Origin: Myxococcales bacterium
GTDB lineage: Bacteria; Desulfobacterota; Binatia; HRBIN30
Assembly: GCA_037445065.1 (NCBI GenBank)
Contig: JBBILD010000005.1
Span: 32,001-96,000 of the forward strand
Length of the DNA: 64,000 bases
Direction of reading: 5' to 3'
A program made the translations under genes and the position numbers. Shown here in pieces: positions 30,038 through 40,615 of the stretch; position 1 is the stretch's first letter; each line of letters begins with the position of its first letter. The notes beneath the pieces were generated by a model that was not told where the DNA came from, did not search any database, and was given only the letters and a program-made list of their open reading frames with translations.

Positions 30038-31120
30038 TCAGACCTGCGCTTCCTTCGAGGCCCCCGCTGGGCGTGACAAAGCGAGCTGCCCACAGGCAGC
30101 CTGCACGTCTCTACCGCGACTCCGCCGCACGGTTGCCAACAAACCCCGGCTCAAGAGCCGCTCCTGAAACGCACGAACCGCGGCTTCAGTCGGGCGCCGA
30201 AATTCCACCCCTGGAAACGGATTCCATGGAATGAGGTTCACTTTCGCGCGTAAGCCGCGCAGCAACGTAGCAAGTCGCTCGGCATCTCCCATGGAATCAT
30301 TCACACCCGCCAGCAAAACATACTCGAACGTGATCCGCCGCCGTTGTGGCAGAGGCAGAGAACGGCAAGTGTCCAGCAGCTCCCGCAACGGGTAGCGGCG
30401 ACTAATCGGCATCAGTTGCGCTCTCTGCTCTTCGCTAGTTCCCGTGAGGGACACGGCGAGTTGCACCGGCGTTTCAGAAACCAAGCGCCGCATCTGGGGT
30501 AAAAGCCCCACGGTGGATACGGTGACGCGCCTCCCCGACAACCCAAAGCCCCATTCGGCCAAAAGCACCTCGATTGCTTGCAACAAACTGTCGTAGTTGG
30601 CCAGGGGCTCTCCCATTCCCATGAATACGACGTTGGTCAGGCGCTCTCCGGGATCCAAGTGTTCCAGGGCAACCAAGACCTGGGCCAAAATCTCTGCCCC
30701 ATGGAGATTCCGCCGCAGGCCGAGGCGGGCTGTGGCGCAAAACGCGCAGCCCATTCCGCAACCGACCTGGGACGACAAGCAGAGGGTGAGACGCGGGGCA
30801 TCTGGAATCAACACACTTTCCACCGCGGCCCCGTCTGGGAACGCTAGCAGCAGCTTGCGCGTACCGTCCCAACTCCGCTGCACCTCGACCCGTTGGGGAG
30901 CGAGCAGGAAAAAGTCTCGCTCTAGCGCCGCCCGCAGGCCGCGCGGTAGGTCGGTCATGCACGAAAAGGACTTGGCGCGCCGAGCGTAAACCCACGAGAG
31001 AATCTGTTGGCACCGATACGGTGGTTCGCCGCGGTCGGCAACCCACCGGCGCAGCGCAGCAGGAGTGAAGAGGATGCGACCGCCGCCCTCGGGCGCCTCA
31101 GTGGATCTCGGACTCCGCAA
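30038..31120 (-). CDS. rlmN: 23S rRNA m2A2503 / tRNA methyltransferase RlmN (radical SAM)
   Basis: [23 protein letters not shown] and AACGQL. The start is uncertain; TTG 31120 overlaps the 3' end of ndk. Confidence 0.93.
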   Translation of the reverse strand: MRSPRSTEAPEGGGRILFTPAALRRWVADRGEPPYRCQQILSWVYARRAKSFSCMTDLPRGLRAALERDFFLLAPQRVEVQRSWDGTRKLLLAFPDGAAVESVLIPDAPRLTLCLSSQVGCGMGCAFCATARLGLRRNLHGAEILAQVLVALEHLDPGERLTNVVFMGMGEPLANYDSLLQAIEVLLAEWGFGLSGRRVTVSTVGLLPQMRRLVSETPVQLAVSLTGTSEEQRAQLMPISRRYPLRELLDTCRSLPLPQRRRITFEYVLLAGVNDSMGDAERLATLLRGLRAKVNLIPWNPFPGVEFRRPTEAAVRAFQERLLSRGLLATVRRSRGRDVQAACGQLALSRPAGASKEAQV

Positions 31121-31514
31121 AAAAGAAGCCGATTTCCCACCGTGCGGTGTCGGGGCCATCGGATCCATGCACAGCATTTTTCTCCACATCCGTGCCAAAG
31201 TCGCCGCGGATCGTGCCCGGCGGAGCTTTGCGAGAATCCGTCGGTCCCATGATCTCGCGGTTGCGAGCAATTGCGTTTTCACCCTCTAGCACCATGACCA
31301 GGACAGGCCCCGAGGACATGAACCGAACTAGGTCCTGGTAAAACGGACGTTCGCGATGAACCGCGTAAAACCGCGCTGCCGTATCGGGAGAGAGGTGCAG
31401 CATTTTCGCCGCGGCAATCCGCAAACCAGCGGCCTCGAAACGCCGCAGGATCTCGCCCATCACACGCTTTTGCACTGCGTCCGGTTTGATAATCGAAAGG
31501 GTTCGTTCGATCAT
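31098..31514 (-). CDS. ndk: Nucleoside-diphosphate kinase
   Basis: [20 protein letters not shown] and NAVHGSD. Confidence 0.98.
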   Translation of the reverse strand: MIERTLSIIKPDAVQKRVMGEILRRFEAAGLRIAAAKMLHLSPDTAARFYAVHRERPFYQDLVRFMSSGPVLVMVLEGENAIARNREIMGPTDSRKAPPGTIRGDFGTDVEKNAVHGSDGPDTARWEIGFFFAESEIH

Positions 31515-31550
31515 TCCAATGTCCTCGCTTGTGAGAAAGGAGCCGGAGGC

Positions 31551-32441
31551 TCAGTTCAGACTCAGGCCACGGTCCTTCAAGGCCGTCAGCATAGTGCTCC
31601 CGAGTTCTGCCGGGCTACGGGCTACGTACATCCCCGCTGCCTCGAAGGCACGAAACTTTTCTGCCGCGGTTCCCTTCCCCCCTGCGATAATGGCCCCGGC
31701 ATGACCCATTCGTTTCCCCGGCGGAGCGGTGGCCCCAGCGACAAAACCCACCACCGGCTTGCTCATCCGTTGTTTGACAAATTCTGCCGCTTCTTCCTCC
31801 GCGCTTCCCCCAATCTCGCCAATGAGGATAACACCTTGGGTTTCGGGGTCGTTCTCGAACAGTTCCAAGATGTCAATGAACCCAGTGCCAGCCACTGGGT
31901 CTCCCCCAATTCCAACACAGGTAGACTGTCCCAAGCCGAGGCGTGTGAGTTGGTGCACCGCTTCGTATGTCAACGTCCCGCTCCGCGAGACCACCCCGAC
32001 CGTTCCCGGCCGGTGGATGTAACCAGGCATGATGCCGATCTTGCACTGCCCAGGGGTGATCACGCCGGGACAATTCGGGCCGATCAGGCGCGTTCGTCGT
32101 CCAGCCAGGTAACGCTTGACCCGTACCATGTCCAAAACCGGTATGCCCTCCGTAATGCAAACCACCAATGGCACGCCTGCGTCCGCCGCTTCCATGATGG
32201 CATCTGCCGCGAAAGCGGGGGGAACATAAATTACCGAGGCATTCGCACCCGTTTCCCGCACAGCCTGTTCGACAGTGTCGTAAATGGGGATTCCTTCGAA
32301 GTCCGTTCCTCCCTTACCTGGCGTCACCCCAGCCACCATTTGCGTGCCGTATTCCTTGCAAGCACGGGTGTGAAATTGGCCGGTCGCACCTGTAATCCCC
32401 TGCGTAAGAACGCGGGTGTTCTTGTCTACGAGAATGCTCAC
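31551..32441 (-). CDS. sucD: Succinyl-CoA synthetase alpha subunit
   Basis: [20 protein letters not shown] and MGHAGA (phospho-His). Confidence 0.98.
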   Translation of the reverse strand: MSILVDKNTRVLTQGITGATGQFHTRACKEYGTQMVAGVTPGKGGTDFEGIPIYDTVEQAVRETGANASVIYVPPAFAADAIMEAADAGVPLVVCITEGIPVLDMVRVKRYLAGRRTRLIGPNCPGVITPGQCKIGIMPGYIHRPGTVGVVSRSGTLTYEAVHQLTRLGLGQSTCVGIGGDPVAGTGFIDILELFENDPETQGVILIGEIGGSAEEEAAEFVKQRMSKPVVGFVAGATAPPGKRMGHAGAIIAGGKGTAAEKFRAFEAAGMYVARSPAELGSTMLTALKDRGLSLN

Positions 32442-32476
32442 CTTCTCAGCCTCTCCTCGAAAAAGCGCAGCGCGCG

Positions 32477-32505
32477 AAGCTAACGAGGGGCGTTCTGCAA
32501 GTCAA
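32477..32505 (-). promoter_or_regulatory. Putative sigma70 promoter for sucD-ndk-rlmN
   Basis: Minus strand TTGACT (32505-32500), 17 nt, TAGCTT (32482-32477). Confidence 0.6.
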
Positions 32506-32543
32506 CGGAAGGCTGCTGTGGAGGCGCGCAGCCCTTTACAGGA

Positions 32544-32900
32544 TCAAGCCGTGGTGCGTCCCGGCGCGTAGCGGATCACCTCGGCTTTTTCGAGCGTGAC
32601 TAGCCCGCCCCCACCGCTGGCCTCCAACATCTCTTCCAGCACCGGTAGGAATTGCTGGATTTTCTCCTCGCTGTCCACGATTTCGATGATGATTGGCAAG
32701 TCCTCCGAAAGCCGCAAGATGCGCGCGGTGTGGATGCGGCTTCCCGCGCCAAAACTCTCGATACCGCGCCAGGCCGTCGCGCCCGCGAGACCTAGTTCCC
32801 GCGCCTTATGCACAATGGCTTCGTAGAGTGGGTGGCCTTGGTAACGATCCGCCTCACCAATGAAGATACGAAGCAGCTTGCCTTCGCCAACGATTTTCAT
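32544..32900 (-). CDS. DUF190 family protein (PII-like fold)
   Basis: LLRIFIGEAD, LAGAT and LSEDLPIIIEIVD; located next to crcB. Confidence 0.9.
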   Translation of the reverse strand: MKIVGEGKLLRIFIGEADRYQGHPLYEAIVHKARELGLAGATAWRGIESFGAGSRIHTARILRLSEDLPIIIEIVDSEEKIQQFLPVLEEMLEASGGGGLVTLEKAEVIRYAPGRTTA

Positions 32901-32905
32901 GGCGC

Positions 32906-33280
32906 TCAGAAAACCCGACCCACAATGACACCAAGCCAAGTGGCGAGCAAACAGCCGGTGATGGTCCCGGCAACGTTCCACAGCGCCAGTTGCAGACTGC
33001 CCGAGGAGACGAGCTGCAGGGTTTCATAACTGAAGGCCGACATGGTCGTGAATCCTCCACAGACCCCCACTGCCAAGAACAGACGCAAGTCCGCACCAAG
33101 CCGGCCCCGCTCTAACGAGAGCGCAACGACGAAACCGAGTGCGAAGCTCCCCACGAGATTGACGGCGAGAGTTCCCGTCGGAAAGGCCCCGTTGGAGGCC
33201 CGTTGCACCCAGCCCGCCACCCAGTAGCGCAACAACGAACCGCACATACCCCCACACGCGACCAGAAACGAGCGCCACAC
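32906..33280 (-). CDS. crcB: Fluoride efflux channel FluC/CrcB
   Basis: LLRY, FPTGTLAVNLVGSF and GVCGGFTTMSAFSYE. Confidence 0.93.
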   Translation of the reverse strand: MWRSFLVACGGMCGSLLRYWVAGWVQRASNGAFPTGTLAVNLVGSFALGFVVALSLERGRLGADLRLFLAVGVCGGFTTMSAFSYETLQLVSSGSLQLALWNVAGTITGCLLATWLGVIVGRVF

Positions 33281-33307
33281 GGGCGAGCTACTCCCCCGAC
33301 ACCGTTT

Positions 33308-34252
33308 CTAGCCTTGCCCCTCGAGCCGCTGGCGCAGCCAGTCAACCGTCAGCCGCATCCCCTCTTCAAAGCCGACCACGGGGCGATAACCGAGCAACCG
33401 CATCGCCTTGTCAATCGACGCCTGCGTGTGACGGACGTCACCGGCGCGCGGCGGGGTGTGTTCAATGGACACCGGCCTGCCCACCAGCCTTTCCACCAGG
33501 CGTGCAATCTCAAGCACCGAGTGCCGCTCGTTACAGGCGATATTAAACACCTCGCCACCCACATTGGGTGCCTCAAAAGCAAGCAGGTTTGCCTGCACGA
33601 CATTGTCAATGTACGTGAAATCGCGCGACTGCTCCCCGTCGCCGTGAACGACCAGCGGCTCGCCGCGCAAGGCGGCACGAATGAACAGGGGCACAACGGC
33701 CGCATACTTGGACTCCGGACTCTGCCACGGGCCAAACACATTGAAGTAACGCAAACTCACCGTTTCTAGCCCGTAGAGCAGGAAAAACGTTCTGCAATAG
33801 TGCTCGGCCGCCAACTTGGAGACCGCGTACGGTGAAATCGGCGCCGGAGTCTGACCCTCTTCCTTCGGCAGCACCTGAGAGTCCCCGTAAACCGACGAGG
33901 ACGACGCATACACCAAGCGCTTCACAGTTCCTGCTTGGCGGGCGGCCACCAGCAGTCGCAGCGTGCCGTGGGTGTTCACCTCGTCCGTACTGAGGGGGTC
34001 GTCTACGGACCGGGGTACAGAGCGAAGTGCCGCCTGGTGGCTTACGTACTGGACGCCACGCAGGCAGCGCTCCAGCACGGACGGATCCCGCAGGTCTCCT
34101 TCAACCAGCTCGATCTGATCCCCAACTTCGGAGAGATTCTCGCGCCGCCCGGTGGAGAAATTGTCGAGCACTCGCACCTTCTCTCCTCGTGCCACGAGAG
34201 CACGGACGATATTCGAACCTATGAACCCTGCACCACCGGTCACCAGATACAT
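33308..34252 (-). CDS. Nucleotide-sugar 4-epimerase (WbpP/TviC-like)
   Basis: [35 protein letters not shown] and RYFNVFGP. Confidence 0.88.
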   Translation of the reverse strand: MYLVTGGAGFIGSNIVRALVARGEKVRVLDNFSTGRRENLSEVGDQIELVEGDLRDPSVLERCLRGVQYVSHQAALRSVPRSVDDPLSTDEVNTHGTLRLLVAARQAGTVKRLVYASSSSVYGDSQVLPKEEGQTPAPISPYAVSKLAAEHYCRTFFLLYGLETVSLRYFNVFGPWQSPESKYAAVVPLFIRAALRGEPLVVHGDGEQSRDFTYIDNVVQANLLAFEAPNVGGEVFNIACNERHSVLEIARLVERLVGRPVSIEHTPPRAGDVRHTQASIDKAMRLLGYRPVVGFEEGMRLTVDWLRQRLEGQG

Positions 34253-34389
34253 GCGTCCTCCTCAGTTCGGACCCAACTGACGGCGCTCTGCGCCGCCGGT
34301 CCTCCTACTCAACTTGCACTCCGTACGATCACCGCCGGCGCCTCCACCCAAGGAGCTTCGCTGCCTGCATCCGTGGACTTCCTTCCGCC

Positions 34390-35442
34390 TCACGTGCTCG
34401 GGAGAACCGACGCGGCATCCACCAAGGCAGGCGGCTCGAGTCTAGGTGGGGGCGCTTCTGGCCGCAACCAACGGGGAGCAAAGCGAACCAACCCCACGAG
34501 AAAGCCGCCCCCCCAGGCGAAGTGCATGACAAAGAACGCCGCGACGACATACGGCAACAGTCCCCAGCCGTGCCGCTTGCATACGGCCATCGCGGCGAAC
34601 AACGCTGCCGCCACGTACACTGCGAGAAGCGCAATTCCGCCGATTGCCATTTTCGGGTCCCACAGTCCACCGAAAAAAGCCCCGACCAAACTCGCGATGA
34701 AGGCAGGTGGGACAAAGTGACGCCAGCTCATTTGCCGCGGGTGTTTCTGCAAAACCCGGACTTTCCACACCCCATAATGAAAAAACTGCTGCGCCAAGGC
34801 GCGATACGTCTGCCGATTCTGGTAATGCGAGCGCATCGAGACGGTTAGAAACACCCGTCCCCCAGCCTTCCGCAAGCGGTAGTTGAGTTCGTCGTCCTGG
34901 TTACGCACCAGTTCTTCGTCAAACAAACCGATCCGCTCAAACGTCCGGCGTGGCCACATGCCCATGTACACCGTGTCTACCTCGCGATCCTCGCTGGCGA
35001 AGTGGAAGTACGCGCCGATTCCAAATGGCGAGTCCATGGCGCGCGCGATGGCTTCCGCCACACCTCCTCCACCCACGGTCCGCATGGGGCCACCAACGTT
35101 GTCGGCCCCGGTTCGTATCAAGGTTTCTACGCCTTGCCGTAGGTAATCGGGCTCCAAGGTCGTGTGCGCATCCACCCGTGCGATGATTTCTCCCCGAGCT
35201 GCGCGAATTCCGATGTTCATGGCGGTTGGCACGATGCGAGCCGGGTTCCGCAGCACGCGAATCCGATCCCCGTACCCGGCCAGAATCTCGAGCGAACGGT
35301 CGTCGGAGTCTCCATCCACCACTAATACCTCGAAACGGTCGCGCGGGTAATCCTGTGCCAACACCGAGTCCACACAACGCGCAATGTGCTTTTCTTCGTT
35401 GCGCATGGGAATCACCACCGAAACGAACGGCCAGCTTTTCAT
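34390..35442 (-). CDS. GT2 glycosyltransferase (ExoA-like)
   Basis: VIPMRNEE, RVDAH, FDEELVRNQDDELNYR and C-terminal TM helices. Confidence 0.9.
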   Translation of the reverse strand: MKSWPFVSVVIPMRNEEKHIARCVDSVLAQDYPRDRFEVLVVDGDSDDRSLEILAGYGDRIRVLRNPARIVPTAMNIGIRAARGEIIARVDAHTTLEPDYLRQGVETLIRTGADNVGGPMRTVGGGGVAEAIARAMDSPFGIGAYFHFASEDREVDTVYMGMWPRRTFERIGLFDEELVRNQDDELNYRLRKAGGRVFLTVSMRSHYQNRQTYRALAQQFFHYGVWKVRVLQKHPRQMSWRHFVPPAFIASLVGAFFGGLWDPKMAIGGIALLAVYVAAALFAAMAVCKRHGWGLLPYVVAAFFVMHFAWGGGFLVGLVRFAPRWLRPEAPPPRLEPPALVDAASVLPST

Positions 35443-36500
35443 CGGACCGCCTCGTCATACACCTGCATGGTTCGCTCTATCATTCGCCCCACGGAGAACT
35501 CACCCGCCCGCTGGCGTGCAGCCGCACTGGCTGCACCGTGCCGCCTCGGGTCGTCCAACAACGGCAAAGACGCTTCTACCCACGCTTGCGCTTCTCTTGA
35601 AGGAACCACAGTGCCGGCGACTGTTTCGCCGAGGAGCTCCCGCACTCCGCTCACGTCACTGGCGATCACCGGCACGCCGCATGCCATCGCCTCCAGGACA
35701 ACATTCGGCATTCCCTCCCACGATGACGTGAGCCAGAACAACGTCGCCTTTCTCAAGACTTCCTCGATGTCCGGTCGCTCACCCAAAAACTCCACCACGC
35801 CGCAGAGTCCGAGTCGCTTTTGCTCCAACTCCAGCGCCTCGCGCAGCGGGCCACTGCCAGCGATCGCAAAGCGAACCTCCGGCCGTAACGCGTGCAACGC
35901 GGCCGCGGCTTGCAAAAACAAACGATGGTTCTTCTGTTCGACCAAACGCCCAGCAGTTACAATCCATGGTGGATTCCCCGCTGGTTTCGGCGCTGGGGCA
36001 AATCGTTCGAGATCAATTCCATTGGGCACCACCCGAATCCTCTCCGGGGAAGCCCAGTAGGCGCGGGTGATAAAGCGCGCCACTTCTTCCGAATTTACGA
36101 GGATGCGGCGGCTTTGGCAGAATGCCCAAGCATTAGCCAAGCGGTTAGCAGGACCGTGCACTTTGCAGTTCCGAGCCGAGGTAACCAGGGCTAAGCCGCC
36201 TGCCCACTTCGCGGCCAGCGCTGCGATGGGGTTAGCGAGATACAGCCACGCGTGCACGATTTGGATTTCGTCTTCGCGGAAGGCTCTGGCGAGCTCATGG
36301 GTACGCCGCACTGCGCTGCCCGTGAGGACACGCATCGGAACCCCGGCGCGGACCAGTGGCGCGCCGTGGGGTTCCGTTTTTCTGGATAAAACGTACACGA
36401 ACGGCGCAAAGCGCTTGCGATCCATGCCCAGGGCGAGTTGCTGCAACTGCTGCTCTGCGCCCCCACGAGTAAGCTGGCCAATGACAAGTGCCACGCGCAC
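35439..36500 (-). CDS. GT4 glycosyltransferase
   Basis: GGAEQ, VVPNGID, GRLVEQKNH and EGMPNVVLEAMACG. The start is approximate. Confidence 0.92.
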   Translation of the reverse strand: MRVALVIGQLTRGGAEQQLQQLALGMDRKRFAPFVYVLSRKTEPHGAPLVRAGVPMRVLTGSAVRRTHELARAFREDEIQIVHAWLYLANPIAALAAKWAGGLALVTSARNCKVHGPANRLANAWAFCQSRRILVNSEEVARFITRAYWASPERIRVVPNGIDLERFAPAPKPAGNPPWIVTAGRLVEQKNHRLFLQAAAALHALRPEVRFAIAGSGPLREALELEQKRLGLCGVVEFLGERPDIEEVLRKATLFWLTSSWEGMPNVVLEAMACGVPVIASDVSGVRELLGETVAGTVVPSREAQAWVEASLPLLDDPRRHGAASAAARQRAGEFSVGRMIERTMQVYDEAVR

Positions 36501-36510
36501 AGGGGGTGTA

Positions 36511-37092
36511 TCAGGCAGAACTCCGCAGCGCCTGCGCAGCAAGTTCGGCTGGTTCTCTGGAAATATCATCCGGGCGCTCGCCTAGTACCCGCGCTGGTAC
36601 CCCACCGACAATGGCAAACGGGGGGACGTCTTTGGTGACAACAGCTCCGGCCGCCACGATCGCCCCTTGACCGATGCGCACCCCCTTCAAAACGCGCACG
36701 CCGCAACCGATCCACACGTCGTCCTCCACCACGATCGGTGCTGCGGTCTTTGGCTGGAAGCGAATCGGGATCCGGCGGGTCGCAAAGCCATGGTCTTCAG
36801 CGATTAAAGAACTGTTATGGGCAATCAACACGTTGCGTCCGATCGACAGCCCCCCGAAGCCATCGAGAAAGCAATTTTCACCGACCATACTGCCGCGGCC
36901 AATGCTGACCCCCTCCGGAAACCAAATCGTTACGTTATCACGGAACCACACCCACCCTTCGATGCGCCGTAAAAACAGCTTGAGCACCAACCAGCGCAAC
37001 ACGTCCCCACTCAACATCGGCAGGTACTTCACCAGGCCGTAGACCGTGTGAAACGTCAGGTACCAAAGCGCCGCGCGCCAGCTGACCCTCAT
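36511..37092 (-). CDS. Hexapeptide-repeat (left-handed beta-helix) acyltransferase
   Basis: VEDDVWIG, GVRIGQGAIVAAGAVVTKDVPP and GGVPAR. Confidence 0.9.
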   Translation of the reverse strand: MRVSWRAALWYLTFHTVYGLVKYLPMLSGDVLRWLVLKLFLRRIEGWVWFRDNVTIWFPEGVSIGRGSMVGENCFLDGFGGLSIGRNVLIAHNSSLIAEDHGFATRRIPIRFQPKTAAPIVVEDDVWIGCGVRVLKGVRIGQGAIVAAGAVVTKDVPPFAIVGGVPARVLGERPDDISREPAELAAQALRSSA

Positions 37093-37094
37093 GT

Positions 37095-37841
37095 TCAACT
37101 CCGCAGAGGCTTGCGCGCCAAACACAACAACGACACCCCCACCGGCAGATTCACCCGCCGCAAGATGGGCGCCTCGAACGCGAACAGGCGAGCGAGTGCA
37201 TTGTTGATTCGCCCGGGCTTGGTCATGGAAAAATCAGACGCCAGCTCTCCCTCCCGCTCCGGGACGATCCGGCGCGCCAGGCGGATGGCTGCCACCACCG
37301 GAAACAAGAACGAATTGAGATACGTCAAACGGCGCACCTCTAGCCCAGCCGCCTCGAACAGGAGACAGAACTCTCGCGCCCTGTATCGGCGTTTGTGATG
37401 GTTGATGACGTCCTGTCGGCCCCACATCCACGGAAAGGCTGGAACTGTCACCAACAAATGCCCTCCAGGGCGACACACCCGCGCCATTTCCCCCACGCAC
37501 CGACGGTCGTCGTCAATGTGTTCGACGAGATCGAACGCGGTCACTAAATCCACGGAATTGGAGGCAAACGGCAGCCCCACGACGTCGCCCTGGACCACAG
37601 GCAGGTGCGTACGCTCCCGTGAGTAGCGGGCGGCAGCCGGTCCCCGATCCAGGCCGACAACACGGCCAAAGCGAGAGAGAAACTGCAAGTTGGCCCCGGT
37701 TCCGCAGCCCAGGTCCAGAATCCGGGCTCCCGGCGCTAACTGCAGATCGCGCAACAGCGTACCAAAGATGGCTCTGCGGCCTTCGAACCACCAATGTACG
37801 GCTTCGATCTGCGCGTATTCTTCGTAAAAGGAACGCTCCAT
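37095..37841 (-). CDS. Class I SAM-dependent methyltransferase
   Basis: HWWFEGRR, ILDLGCGTG, DLVEHIDDD and HHKRRY. Confidence 0.9.
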   Translation of the reverse strand: MERSFYEEYAQIEAVHWWFEGRRAIFGTLLRDLQLAPGARILDLGCGTGANLQFLSRFGRVVGLDRGPAAARYSRERTHLPVVQGDVVGLPFASNSVDLVTAFDLVEHIDDDRRCVGEMARVCRPGGHLLVTVPAFPWMWGRQDVINHHKRRYRAREFCLLFEAAGLEVRRLTYLNSFLFPVVAAIRLARRIVPEREGELASDFSMTKPGRINNALARLFAFEAPILRRVNLPVGVSLLCLARKPLRS

Positions 37842-37849
37842 AATTCCGC

Positions 37850-38839
37850 TCAGCGCACTCGTGCCGCTGGCCGAGCTGTTTCGGCATCGTTCTCGAAGCC
37901 GACGGTCTCGCGTACCACGTACAGCGGCCGCCGCTTCACTTCATCGAAAATTCGACCGACATACTCGCCGAGGATTCCGAGCGAGAGGAGTTGCACGCCG
38001 CCGAGAAACAGCACCACGACCACCGTGGAAGTCCATCCTGCAATCATCTTCTCACCGTATAGGATACGCAGGCCGACCAAATAAACGATGAGGGCAAAGG
38101 CCACTGCACTGATGGCGAACCCCAGGTGAGTCGCCAGACGCAGCGGAACGAACGAGTAAGAAATCACTCCGTCGTAAGCCAGTTTGAACAACTTCCGCAG
38201 CGAGTATTTCGACTCGCCCGCGAACCGCTCTGCGCGGTCATACTCGAGGCCGATTTGCTTGAATCCCACCCAGGCGCGGATTCCACGTACAAAACGATTC
38301 CGCTCCGGCATGGCATTCAACTCGTCCACCACCCGGCGATCCATCACCGCGAAATCGCCAGCATCGAGAGGCATGTCCACGTAGGCTAGGGAGCGAAGCA
38401 AGCGGTAAAAAGCGAGATACGCCGTTCGCTTGAGCCAGCCCTCTTTGCGCGTCTTGCGAACGGCATAGACGACCTGATACCCCTCACGCCACTTGTCGAA
38501 CATTTTTGGCACGAATTCCGGCGGGTCTTGAAGATCGGCATCGATCACCGCAACCGCTTGCCCGCGGGCGTAATGGAGTCCGGCAGTCACTGCGGTCTGG
38601 TGCCCGAAGTTGCGGGAAAAGCTGATTACCCGAACGCGCGGATCGCGTTGCGCCAGAGCACGCAGGTCCTCGAACGAACCATCGGTGCTGCCGTCGTCAA
38701 CGAAGATCATTTCGAATGGCACCTTTAAGGTCTCCAGAGCCGCCGTTGCGCGCTGGTAAAAGGCCGGAAGGGTCTCATGCTCGTTGTACACAGGCACAAC
38801 CAGAGACAGTGTCGGGTTAGGAGCCATCGCCGGTTTCAT
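37850..38839 (-). CDS. GT2 bactoprenol glycosyltransferase (GtrB-like)
   Basis: DDGSTD, FSRNFGHQ, DADLQDPP, GDFAVMDR and two C-terminal TM helices. Confidence 0.92.
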   Translation of the reverse strand: MKPAMAPNPTLSLVVPVYNEHETLPAFYQRATAALETLKVPFEMIFVDDGSTDGSFEDLRALAQRDPRVRVISFSRNFGHQTAVTAGLHYARGQAVAVIDADLQDPPEFVPKMFDKWREGYQVVYAVRKTRKEGWLKRTAYLAFYRLLRSLAYVDMPLDAGDFAVMDRRVVDELNAMPERNRFVRGIRAWVGFKQIGLEYDRAERFAGESKYSLRKLFKLAYDGVISYSFVPLRLATHLGFAISAVAFALIVYLVGLRILYGEKMIAGWTSTVVVVLFLGGVQLLSLGILGEYVGRIFDEVKRRPLYVVRETVGFENDAETARPAARVR

Positions 38840-40578
38840 GGACTCGGCTTCCGCGTATACACCTCGATCGTCGGATTCAAGCTGTGGATGCGGAGATCCA
38901 GCCAAGTCCAACGAGCGAACACCGGCCCGACATCGTACCCTAACTCACCCGCCCGCAGTGCACGGAAGAACTCCCGCGCCAAGGCCGACTCCGTAAACAG
39001 CTGCTCTCCAGGGCGCCACGAACGAGCATACCGGCCTACCAAGCCTGCTTTGCCGCCACTACTGAGAACGACCAAGTCGGGCGAGCGAGCCCAAAAGCGC
39101 TCGATTTGCCGCTCCGCCAATGGCACTCGCACCACGGACCACCGCTTCGGGAAACGGGGCAGATAGGTTTCAGGTTGGTACACCTCCACTCGCTTTGCTT
39201 GGGTGCTGAAGCCCTGGAGCCAAGCTTCTGCGTCGTAGCGCGGGTCGCGCAACAGCAAGCGCACGACTTCCGCTCCAGGAGCCAGGCTCCACGCCAACCA
39301 GACACTCACCGCGGCAGTACCGATCCACGCCGGCAGGCCAGACCGGATGACGAGTCGGCTCACGGCTACGGCGAAGCCTCCCAAAGTTGCGGTTGCAACC
39401 CACAGCACGGGCAACGTGTAGCGAATAGGAACCAGCTCGAGCGCACGCAACGAACCTAAATAGTACGAGGCTGTCAGGGTGGCCGCCACAACGGCCAGGC
39501 GGGGGGCGCTGACCACCAGAGCAACCAGCCCCGCAAGTGCTAGCCATTTGCCACCTGGCGGAAGGCTGCGCGCTAGGCTGTCGCTCACCCTACCGAGCTT
39601 TGTCATCTCCTCTTGCCAAGTCACTGCTCGGGGCACACGAGTGAAAAATTGGTATGGCGCGTACCGCTGTCGGATCTCCTCAGGCAGTGTTCCCATCAAG
39701 AAGCGCCATCGGTTCCAGTACCCAGACGGATTCCACGCCACATTCGCCACTCCAACAGTGGTGCCGGCAAAGACGAGACCTGCCAGAGCAGCGTGGCGCC
39801 AAAGTGCGCGCGCGCAAAGCGTTCTGCCCGCCCTAGCTTCGATCAGCCAAACCAGCGGAACCGCCGCAAGAAAACCAATCCCCTGCTCTTTCGTCAGCAG
39901 CGCCATCGCGGCTGCCGCCCCAGCGACTGCGCTCGCTAACATGCTTCCGGAGCGCGCGCTGCGCAGCGCCGCCCACAGCGAGAGCATGAGCCAGAACAGC
40001 AGCGGGACGTCCACGTTTGACGTATGACTGTAAAACACAAACGGCGCGCTCCCAGCCAGAACCGAAGCTGCGAGCCACGCGGCAACATGAGGAAGGTACA
40101 GCGCCACCGTGGCGTACGTAAGCCAGACACAGCCCACCCCCAGCAGCGCACTCACGGCTCGGGTCACCAACGCTAGGACAGAGAGGCTCCACTCTGGGTT
40201 GCGGAAGCCGTGCGGGTACCGCGGTGAAGGTCGGCCTAGCTCTCCGGTCCAGCGCATCCACACTAGCACCGGAGCCTGAGCGGCGAGGAGCAGGTTGGGG
40301 TGTCCAACGGGGTACTTGAAATAAAACCAGCCCGAATTCCACGGTTCGCCGAACCAAACATGCCGGCCGACCGAAAGCGGGGTCAGCGGCTGTAAGGCGT
40401 CCGCAGCCCAAGTGCGGTTCCCGTTCGGCAGCCCCCAATGCAGGGCCACGACGTTGAGAGTGAGACTGGCAGCGAGGAGAAACCCCAACGCAAGGCGCTG
40501 CCGGCGGGATCCGGGTTGGACTCGGTCCGCGCTTTTCCTCGGCCTGAAGCCAACCTCTGCGCGCTCGGGGATCGTCAT
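38836..40578 (-). CDS. GT-C fold membrane glycosyltransferase (ArnT/PMT-like)
   Basis: Multi-TM; WGLPN...WAAD first loop, FKYP, NVDVP, LLTKEQG and RYTLP, plus a C-terminal periplasmic domain. Confidence 0.75.
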   Translation of the reverse strand: MTIPERAEVGFRPRKSADRVQPGSRRQRLALGFLLAASLTLNVVALHWGLPNGNRTWAADALQPLTPLSVGRHVWFGEPWNSGWFYFKYPVGHPNLLLAAQAPVLVWMRWTGELGRPSPRYPHGFRNPEWSLSVLALVTRAVSALLGVGCVWLTYATVALYLPHVAAWLAASVLAGSAPFVFYSHTSNVDVPLLFWLMLSLWAALRSARSGSMLASAVAGAAAAMALLTKEQGIGFLAAVPLVWLIEARAGRTLCARALWRHAALAGLVFAGTTVGVANVAWNPSGYWNRWRFLMGTLPEEIRQRYAPYQFFTRVPRAVTWQEEMTKLGRVSDSLARSLPPGGKWLALAGLVALVVSAPRLAVVAATLTASYYLGSLRALELVPIRYTLPVLWVATATLGGFAVAVSRLVIRSGLPAWIGTAAVSVWLAWSLAPGAEVVRLLLRDPRYDAEAWLQGFSTQAKRVEVYQPETYLPRFPKRWSVVRVPLAERQIERFWARSPDLVVLSSGGKAGLVGRYARSWRPGEQLFTESALAREFFRALRAGELGYDVGPVFARWTWLDLRIHSLNPTIEVYTRKPSP

Positions 40579-40615
40579 GAATTGGGGTGCCGGAAGCGCT
40601 TCCAAGGCAGTGACT

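Noticed and set aside
31121..31282. Apparent long N-terminal extension of RlmN overlapping ndk
   Set aside because: This is an ORF-caller extension. RlmN-like sequence begins only near the ndk stop, and a TTG at 31120 is a plausible start.
33281..33307. Possible fluoride riboswitch upstream of crcB
   Set aside because: Only 27 nt separate the genes and there is no GGCGATGG-type motif.
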